Shown here: positions 56,811 through 64,000 of the stretch, one piece after another | Layout of the letters: every line of letters begins with the position of its first letter | Numbering within the stretch: the stretch's first letter is position 1 | Assembly: GCA_043812495.1 (NCBI GenBank) | Contig: JBDRMG010000008.1 | Span: 1,516 to 65,515 of the forward strand | Direction of reading: 5' to 3' | DNA: 64,000 nt | DNA from: Candidatus Omnitrophota bacterium | GTDB lineage: Bacteria; Omnitrophota; Gorgyraeia; Zapsychrales; JBDRMG01 | Position numbers and translations under genes: made by a program | The notes under the pieces: generated by a model | The model's input: the letters and a program-made list of their open reading frames with translations, nothing else | Told to the model about the DNA's origin: nothing | Databases searched by the model: none

Positions 56811-59800
56811 CCGAGAAACTCGATTACTTAGAGAGCCTCGGCATCAATGCCCTTTGGCTTCTTCCTTTTTATCCGTCGCCGCTGAAAGATGATGGCTATG
56901 ATATCGCGGATTACTTCAATGTTCATCCGCAGTATGGAACACTGCGCGATTTTAAGGAATTCCTCAGAGCGGCCCATAAACGCGGGATTCGCGTCATCAC
57001 CGAACTCGTCATCAATCATACGTCTGACCAGCATGCGTGGTTTGCGCGCGCCCGGACCTCAAAACCCAATTCCTCTTTCCGCAATTACTATGTCTGGAGC
57101 AACACGCCGACCAAATTCAAGGATGCGCGGATTATTTTTAAAGATTTCGAGAAGTCCAATTGGACATGGGATCCCGTGGCCAAGGCCTATTTCTGGCACC
57201 GGTTTTATTCTCACCAGCCCGATCTAAACTTTGATAATCCTCAAGTGCAAAAAGAAATTTGTCGCATGGCCGATTTCTGGCTGGGGATGGGTGTCGATGG
57301 GCTGCGCTTAGACGCGGTGCCTTATCTTTTTGAACGCGAAGGAACGAATTGCGAGAATCTTCCCGAGACGTATGAGTTCTTAAGAAAGCTTCGTGCGCAC
57401 ATCGATCGGAAATTCAAAAACAAAATGCTCTTGGCTGAGGCCAATCAATGGCCGGAAGACGCGAGCGCCTACTTTGGAGCTGGCGATATCTGCCACATGG
57501 CCTTTCATTTTCCTTTGATGCCCCGCATGTTTATGAGCATGCAGATGGAAGACCGTTTTCCGATCGTTGATATTTTGGAGCAGACCCCGCAAATATCCCC
57601 CACAAACCAATGGGCGATTTTCTTAAGAAATCACGATGAGCTGACGCTCGAGATGGTCACCGACGAAGAAAGAGACTACATGTACCGTGTCTACGCCAAG
57701 GACCCTTTGACCAAAATTAATTTAGGTATTCGCCGGCGCCTGGTTCCCCTTTTGGGGAATAACCGCAAGAAAGTAGAGCTGATGAATATCCTTTTATTTT
57801 CTCTTGTGGGCAGCCCTATTATTTATTACGGCGATGAAATCGGTATGGGAGATAATTATTATTTGGGTGACCGCAACGGTGTGCGCACACCCATGCAGTG
57901 GAGCCCGGATAAAAATGCGGGTTTCTCCAAGGTCAATCCGCAGAGTCTCTATTTGCCCGTCGTGATCGATCCCGAGTATCGCCATGAGGCCGTCAACGTT
58001 GAGACGCAAGAAAGCAATTTGTCGTCTTTGTTATGGTGGATGCGCCGCGTGATTGGTATCCGTAAAAAATTCAAGGCGTTTAGCCGGGGAAGCTTGGAGT
58101 TTCTTTTTCCGGATAATCCCAAGATTTTAGCCTTTATCCGCAAGCACGAGGAAGAGACAATTCTTGTTGTCATCAATCTATCGCGCTTTTCGCAGGTGGC
58201 TGAGTTTGATCTTTCGTCCTACGCCGGTTTTGTGCCCCAAGAAATCGTCAGCAATAATAAATTTCCAGTGATCCGCAAAACGCCTTATGTGCTCACCTTT
58301 GGTCCGTATGATCATTTTTGGCTGACCCTCAAGAAAGAAAAGCGCGTGGCCTCCAATCATAAGAAGGCCGACATTCCGACATTGAAAGTGAAAGGCGAAT
58401 GGAAGAATCTTTTTAAAGATCCTCTCATCAATAAGCTGACCGACGATGTCCTGCCGCAATACCTTAAAAAATGCCGATGGTTCAGCCGAAAGGCCAGCAC
58501 CATCCGCAGCATTCGCATTGTGGAGAAGATTCCCTTAAGCGGACTCGACAGCTTTTTGCTGTTGCTTCGCGTCAGTTTTAATGAAGGCCTTCAGGACCAA
58601 TACTTTCTGCCGATTTCTTTTCTGCCGAAAGAAAAATTTACTTCGATGATGCATGAAGCGCCCCAAAGCGTTATCGTTCAGTTGCAGGCAGATACGCAAG
58701 AGGGAATTTTATGTGATGCGATTTATCATGAAGAATTCCGCAAGAGACTTTTAACATTGATCTTGCAGAAAAGAAAAGTCAGAACAGATTTCGGTGAACT
58801 CATTTTTTATCCGGGAAAGAAAACAGCCGGCCTTTCGCCGGAGCAAATCCTTCAGGAACCCTCTCAATTGGTCAAGGCCGAACAAAGCAATACGTCCGTT
58901 ATTTATGGCACGTCATTGATTCTCAAGCTTTATCGGCGTATCGAAGAAGGTGTTAATCCCGATTTAGAAATCACCCGTTATCTGACGGAAAAGACAAAAA
59001 TTTCTCATATTTCACCTTTTTTGGGAGCCATCGAGTACCGCACGAATAGTTCACAGCCTATGCTCATCGGGCTCTTAAGCGGATTTGTCGTAAATCATGG
59101 CGAAGGGTGGACCTATGCCCTGGATGAGTTGGGACGTTATTATGAACGTTTGTTGTCTTTGGGTGAGAAGATCAATGAATGTCCTGCGCTTCCCTTGTCT
59201 TTGCTGGATGGCGATTTGAGTCAGCTGTCGCAACTTTTTGCGCAATCTGTCGATGCTATGTATCTGGAGATGATCCGACTTCTGGGGCGTCGCACGAGAG
59301 AGCTCCATGATGCCTTAGGGGCTGAAACGTCAGATAGTTATTTCACGCCCGAAAATTTCTCGACATTATATCAGCGTTCGGTTTATCAATCGATGCGTTC
59401 TCAGGCGAGACGGGCCTTTCAGACATTATCCCAAAGTCTTAAGATGATCCCTAAAGATTTGCGCAAAGAAGCCAGCGACCTTCTCCCGTTAGAAAAAGAT
59501 GTCATGCGCTGTTTCCAGAGAATTCTTCAAAAGAAGATCGGCGTTCAGAAAATCCGTATTCATGGCGATTATCATCTGGGCCAGGTTCTGTTTACCGGAA
59601 AAGATTTTACCATTATCGATTTTGAGGGAGAGCCGATTCGCTCTCTGAGCGAGCGACGGCTCAAAAGAACGTGTTTTCGCGATATCGCGGGCATGATCCG
59701 CTCGTTTCATTATGCGGCCTATAGCGCCCTTTACCTTCGCTTTCATAACAGCCCCAAGGATATTGAACTTCTCAAGCCTTGGGCCGAAGTGTGGTATTTT

Positions 59801-60031
59801 TATGTGAGCGCCGTATTCTTACAAGCCTATCTGGAGAATGCCGAACAGACAAGCTTTTTGCCTAAAGACAAAAATGACACGGAAACATTATTATCGTTGT
59901 TTCTTTTGGATAAAGCTATTTATGAATTGAATTACGAGCTCAATAATCGTCCGGATTGGATCATGTTGCCGATTGAAGGAATCCGACGACTGGTTGGGAA
60001 CTTCCTTGCCAAGGAACAACTTACGAAATAA
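56684..60031 (+). CDS. treS: Trehalose synthase fused to maltokinase (TreS-Mak/Pep2)
   Basis: [26 protein letters not shown]; [33 protein letters not shown]. Confidence 0.95.
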   Translation: MPYRDSKLSDDPQWYKDAVIYQTHVKCFYDSNGDGIGDFKGLTEKLDYLESLGINALWLLPFYPSPLKDDGYDIADYFNVHPQYGTLRDFKEFLRAAHKRGIRVITELVINHTSDQHAWFARARTSKPNSSFRNYYVWSNTPTKFKDARIIFKDFEKSNWTWDPVAKAYFWHRFYSHQPDLNFDNPQVQKEICRMADFWLGMGVDGLRLDAVPYLFEREGTNCENLPETYEFLRKLRAHIDRKFKNKMLLAEANQWPEDASAYFGAGDICHMAFHFPLMPRMFMSMQMEDRFPIVDILEQTPQISPTNQWAIFLRNHDELTLEMVTDEERDYMYRVYAKDPLTKINLGIRRRLVPLLGNNRKKVELMNILLFSLVGSPIIYYGDEIGMGDNYYLGDRNGVRTPMQWSPDKNAGFSKVNPQSLYLPVVIDPEYRHEAVNVETQESNLSSLLWWMRRVIGIRKKFKAFSRGSLEFLFPDNPKILAFIRKHEEETILVVINLSRFSQVAEFDLSSYAGFVPQEIVSNNKFPVIRKTPYVLTFGPYDHFWLTLKKEKRVASNHKKADIPTLKVKGEWKNLFKDPLINKLTDDVLPQYLKKCRWFSRKASTIRSIRIVEKIPLSGLDSFLLLLRVSFNEGLQDQYFLPISFLPKEKFTSMMHEAPQSVIVQLQADTQEGILCDAIYHEEFRKRLLTLILQKRKVRTDFGELIFYPGKKTAGLSPEQILQEPSQLVKAEQSNTSVIYGTSLILKLYRRIEEGVNPDLEITRYLTEKTKISHISPFLGAIEYRTNSSQPMLIGLLSGFVVNHGEGWTYALDELGRYYERLLSLGEKINECPALPLSLLDGDLSQLSQLFAQSVDAMYLEMIRLLGRRTRELHDALGAETSDSYFTPENFSTLYQRSVYQSMRSQARRAFQTLSQSLKMIPKDLRKEASDLLPLEKDVMRCFQRILQKKIGVQKIRIHGDYHLGQVLFTGKDFTIIDFEGEPIRSLSERRLKRTCFRDIAGMIRSFHYAAYSALYLRFHNSPKDIELLKPWAEVWYFYVSAVFLQAYLENAEQTSFLPKDKNDTETLLSLFLLDKAIYELNYELNNRPDWIMLPIEGIRRLVGNFLAKEQLTK

Positions 60032-60048
60032 ACGAAAGGAATCGCTTT

Positions 60049-62043
60049 ATGGCTAAGTCAGCAAAGAATAGAGAAAATCCGAAAGATCAGACCCAAATCC
60101 TTGATCCTGTCATTTACGGCAAAAGCCTTATTAATGAACATGATATTTATCTCTTCAAGGAGGGCAGTCACTTTGAGCTTTATAACCATTTGGGCGCTCA
60201 TGTGACATCGTTTGATGGGATCAAAGGAACCTATTTTGCTGTCTGGGCCCCCAATGCCGAAAGCGTTTCTGTCATTGGTGATTTCAACGGATGGAATCGG
60301 GATTCGCATAAACTAGGCGCGCGATGGGATTCCTCAGGTATTTGGGAAGGTTTTATTCCTACCATCGGCAAAGAACAGATTTATAAGTATTTTATCAAAT
60401 CCAACCATAACGGATTCCAGGTGGAAAAAAGAGACCCGTTTGCTTTTTACAGCGAAATTCCGCCGAAAACAGCTTCTGTAACCTGGGATTTGGAGTACTC
60501 TTGGGGCGACGAAGAATGGATGAAGAATCGCCATAAATACAATGCGCTCAATGCCCCTATTTCCGTCTATGAAGTTCATTTGGGTTCATGGCGACGCGTT
60601 ATCGAAGAAGGAAACCGCTCCTTAACGTACCGGGAGCTCGCCAAGCATCTTGTGGATTATGTCAAAAAAATGGGATTTACCCATGTGGAATTTTTACCCG
60701 TGATGGAACATCCGTTTTATGGATCATGGGGATATCAAAGCATCGGATATTTTTCTCCGACCTGCCGCTATGGCAATCCTCAGGATTTTATGTATCTGGT
60801 TGACCTTTTGCATCAAAACGGCATCGGTGTTTTCTTAGACTGGGTTCCGTCGCACTTTCCGTCAGATGAGCATGGCCTTGTGTATTTTGACGGCACGCAT
60901 CTCTTTGAGCACGCGGATCCCAAGCAAGGATTTCATCCTGATTGGAATAGCTATATCTTCAATCATGGGCGCAAGGAAGTGAGAGAGTTTCTCATTTCAA
61001 GCGCGTTTTTCTGGCTGGATAAATTCCATGCGGATGGATTAAGGGTCGATGCGGTCGCGTCCATGCTTTATTTGGATTATTCACGCAAAGAAGGGGAATG
61101 GATTCCCAATCAGTACGGAGGCCGAGAAAATCTGGAAGCGATGGAGTTCTTAAAAAGATTAAATACGTCTGTGTATGAGCGGTTTCCCGATGTCCTCATG
61201 ACGGCTGAGGAATCCACCGCTTGGATGGGAGTTTCGCGTCCGACCTATCTCGGTGGGCTTGGCTTTGGCATGAAATGGAATATGGGATGGATGCATGATA
61301 CCCTCAAATATTTTGGCGAAGACCCGGTTCATAGAAAATATCACCACAATGAATTGACGTTTAGCTTTATCTATATGTTTACGGAAAATTTCTTGATTTC
61401 CCTGTCTCATGATGAAGTGGTTCACGGAAAAGGCTCGCTCTATGGAAAAATGTCAGGAGACAGTTGGCAGAAATTTGCTAATTTGCGTCTTTTGATGGGC
61501 TATATGTACGGCCATCCTGGAAAGAAATTGTTGTTTATGGGCGGAGAAATCGCGCAATGGTCCGAATGGAACCATGAGGGGAGTCTCGATTGGCATGTCT
61601 TGGATTATTTATTTCATCGGGGGCATCAAAAATGGATGCAGGATCTGAACCATCTGCTGCGAAGTGAAAATGCTCTACACGAATATGATTTCTCATTCCA
61701 GGGATTCCATTGCGTCGATTCCAGTGACTGGGAACAGAGTGTCATCACGTTCTTGCGCAAAGGCAAAGATCCGGACGATCAAATATTGGTTGTTTGTAAT
61801 TTCACCCCTATGGTGCGCCATCGTTACCGCATCGGCGTTCCCCAGGCAGGCTACTGGAAAGAATTGCTCAATAGCGATGCGATCGAATACGGAGGAAGCG
61901 GAGTCGGCAATATGGGCGGCCAAGAGACCTTACCGGTGCCGTCACACGGATTTTATTATTCCGTTTCTTTGACATTGCCGCCCTTAGGCATTATTTTCTT
62001 AAAGCGGTCCAATCCTAAAAATAAGATGGAGATCATCGCGTGA
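60049..62043 (+). CDS. glgB: 1,4-alpha-glucan branching enzyme
   Basis: [45 protein letters not shown]. Confidence 0.97.
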   Translation: MAKSAKNRENPKDQTQILDPVIYGKSLINEHDIYLFKEGSHFELYNHLGAHVTSFDGIKGTYFAVWAPNAESVSVIGDFNGWNRDSHKLGARWDSSGIWEGFIPTIGKEQIYKYFIKSNHNGFQVEKRDPFAFYSEIPPKTASVTWDLEYSWGDEEWMKNRHKYNALNAPISVYEVHLGSWRRVIEEGNRSLTYRELAKHLVDYVKKMGFTHVEFLPVMEHPFYGSWGYQSIGYFSPTCRYGNPQDFMYLVDLLHQNGIGVFLDWVPSHFPSDEHGLVYFDGTHLFEHADPKQGFHPDWNSYIFNHGRKEVREFLISSAFFWLDKFHADGLRVDAVASMLYLDYSRKEGEWIPNQYGGRENLEAMEFLKRLNTSVYERFPDVLMTAEESTAWMGVSRPTYLGGLGFGMKWNMGWMHDTLKYFGEDPVHRKYHHNELTFSFIYMFTENFLISLSHDEVVHGKGSLYGKMSGDSWQKFANLRLLMGYMYGHPGKKLLFMGGEIAQWSEWNHEGSLDWHVLDYLFHRGHQKWMQDLNHLLRSENALHEYDFSFQGFHCVDSSDWEQSVITFLRKGKDPDDQILVVCNFTPMVRHRYRIGVPQAGYWKELLNSDAIEYGGSGVGNMGGQETLPVPSHGFYYSVSLTLPPLGIIFLKRSNPKNKMEIIA

Positions 62044-64000
62044 ACAAATACATCTGTATCCACGGCCATTTTTATCAGCCCCCTCGAGAAAATCCCTGGC
62101 TCAATGAAGTCGAGCCACAAATGTCGGCGTATCCTTATCATGATTGGAACGAGCGCATTTCGGCGGAATGTTATGCGCGCAATACCGCCTCCAGAATCCT
62201 GGATGCGGAGAATAAAATCGTTGATATTGTGATCAACTACTCCAAGATCAGTTTTAATTTTGGACCGTCGCTTCTCTCCTGGATGCAGCGTAAAGATCCG
62301 AAAATTTATGAAGCCATTTTAGATGCTGACCGCATTAGTCAAAAGAATTTCTCCGGACACGGATCGGCCCTCGCTCAGGTGTACAGTCATCTGATTATGC
62401 CTTTGGCCAGCAGCCGGGATAAGCGTACGCAAGTTTTGTGGGGCATCAAGGATTTTGAATACCGTTTCAAACGCTTCCCCGAGGGTATGTGGGCAGCTGA
62501 AACAGCCATAGACTTAGAAACCCTTGATCTGATGGCTGAGTACGGAATTAAGTTTACGATCCTTGCGCCTCATCAAGCCAAACGGTTTCGGATCATCAAT
62601 GATGCTAAATGGACAACTTGTGATGGCCATGCCATTGATACGCACCGGCCCTATTTGTGCCGGCTCCCTTCCGGCAAGACGATTTCGATTTTCTTTTATC
62701 ATGGTCCGATTTCTATCGCTGTTGCGTTTGAAGGACTCTTAAGAAACGGAGCGGATTTTGCCCATAGAATTATCGGAAGCCTGGACCACGAACCCAAAGA
62801 ACCGCAATTGGCGCACATTGCGACTGACGGCGAGTCTTACGGCCACCATCATAGATTCGGGGATATGGCCTTGGCCTACTGCCTTCATCATATTGAATCC
62901 AAGCATCTGGCCCGCGTCACTATTTATGGGGAATATCTGGAGAAATTTCCGCCGACCCATGAAGTGGAAATTTACGAAAATAGTTCATGGAGCTGTGCGC
63001 ATGGGGTGGAACGCTGGAGAAGTGATTGCGGGTGCAATGTGGGCTCCCATCCGCGATGGAATCAAAAATGGAGAGGGCCCCTGCGCGAAGCCTTGGATTA
63101 CCTGCGGGACCAGCTGATTACTCTTTTTGAAAAGGAAATAAGTTCCTACACAAAAGAGCCTTGGCATTTACGCGATAGTTATATCGATGTGGCCTTGGAT
63201 CGCAGCACGGAAAATGTCGAGCAGTTTCTGTTAAGAAGCACGCATCGGGGGATTTCTGAGGATGAAAAGATCAAGGTCTTAAAGCTTCTGGAAATGCAGT
63301 ACAACGCCATTTTAATGTATACGAGCTGCGGTTGGTTTTTTGATGATATTTCCGGTATTGAGTCTAAGCAAATCATTCTCTATGCCGCCCGCGCTCTTCA
63401 ACTGGCCAGGGAAATCACAGGCATCGATCTGGAACCGGATTTTCTAAAGATTCTGAAAAAAGCCCAAAGCAACGTTCCCGATTTAAAAAATGGGGCTTTG
63501 ATTTACGAAAATTATATTCGGCCCTCGCAGGTTGATCTTTTGCGTGTGGGCGCCCATTATGCGGTGACCGCTTTGTACGAGGAATATCCTGAAAACACCA
63601 AGATGTATTGCTATACGGCCAAAAGCGATCATTACGACCATCGGGAGGCGGGACGATTGGAAATGTCCCTTGGCCAGGCGATGATCAAATCCGATGTCAC
63701 CTGGGAGAAGCAGCATATTTATTTTGTAGCTCTGCATTTCGGGGATCATAATTTTATCTGCGGGGTCGAATATTTTAAATCCCAGGAAATCTTTACTGAT
63801 TTAAAAGAAAAGATTATGGCGACTTTTCTCGCAAGCAACGTGCCGGAGACGATCAATCTCATCAGCCAGCATTTCGGCCCGCATATTTATTCCCTGCGGC
63901 ATTTGTTTAAGGAAGAACAGCAAAAAGTACTCAATAAGGCTCTGGAATCAACGATGAGCGAGATTGAAGCGTCGTTTCGGCAGATTTACGAGCATCACTA
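62040..64000 (+). CDS. GH57 / DUF3536 glycoside hydrolase (3' truncated; absent from the ORF track)
   Basis: GTG overlapping the glgB stop; [63 protein letters not shown]. Confidence 0.93.
   Translation, partial: MNKYICIHGHFYQPPRENPWLNEVEPQMSAYPYHDWNERISAECYARNTASRILDAENKIVDIVINYSKISFNFGPSLLSWMQRKDPKIYEAILDADRISQKNFSGHGSALAQVYSHLIMPLASSRDKRTQVLWGIKDFEYRFKRFPEGMWAAETAIDLETLDLMAEYGIKFTILAPHQAKRFRIINDAKWTTCDGHAIDTHRPYLCRLPSGKTISIFFYHGPISIAVAFEGLLRNGADFAHRIIGSLDHEPKEPQLAHIATDGESYGHHHRFGDMALAYCLHHIESKHLARVTIYGEYLEKFPPTHEVEIYENSSWSCAHGVERWRSDCGCNVGSHPRWNQKWRGPLREALDYLRDQLITLFEKEISSYTKEPWHLRDSYIDVALDRSTENVEQFLLRSTHRGISEDEKIKVLKLLEMQYNAILMYTSCGWFFDDISGIESKQIILYAARALQLAREITGIDLEPDFLKILKKAQSNVPDLKNGALIYENYIRPSQVDLLRVGAHYAVTALYEEYPENTKMYCYTAKSDHYDHREAGRLEMSLGQAMIKSDVTWEKQHIYFVALHFGDHNFICGVEYFKSQEIFTDLKEKIMATFLASNVPETINLISQHFGPHIYSLRHLFKEEQQKVLNKALESTMSEIEASFRQIYEHH

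Noticed and set aside
54678-64000. glgE-treS/mak-glgB-GH57 as a novel system
   Set aside because: This is the established GlgE alpha-glucan pathway arrangement.

Overview
This is a 64-kb bacterial chromosome segment with ~45% GC (estimated by eye) and genes mostly on the + strand. TolC/RND systems, hybrid-cluster protein and many Fe-S/B12 enzymes suggest a diderm anaerobe; the gene style resembles Omnitrophota/PVC, which is inference only. In order it holds: an M48 peptidase, a two-component pair, lpdA, a frameshifted DPM1-like GT2 plus a TMTC-like GT-C/TPR protein, tRNA-Leu(CAG), smpB-ssrA followed by a small GIY-YIG nuclease, RND/TolC, an Rrf2-ferredoxin-hcp operon, marC/corA, a ~21-kb unusual sugar/surface-glycan cluster (five radical SAM enzymes, a cupin-ThDP fusion, heptose-pathway genes), CsoR-cusCBA, an ArsP-like permease, a kinase with four stand-alone receivers, and glgE-treS/mak-glgB-GH57. 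The most striking unexplained signal is a set of dispersed modular DNA hairpin elements that share a symmetric TC/TC or TTC/TTC internal loop (GA/GA or GAA/GAA on the other strand). They occur as inverted doublets, nest inside each other and swap sub-hairpins. One sits in-frame inside a CDS, one supplies a stop codon, and two lie beside diverged duplicates of gene ends (tmRNA 5' end, yjbQ 3' end). One doublet lies directly upstream of the GIY-YIG gene, suggesting (inference) a REP/REPIN-like system driven by a GIY-YIG nuclease rather than a RAYT transposase. No database searches were run; all calls come from reading motifs.
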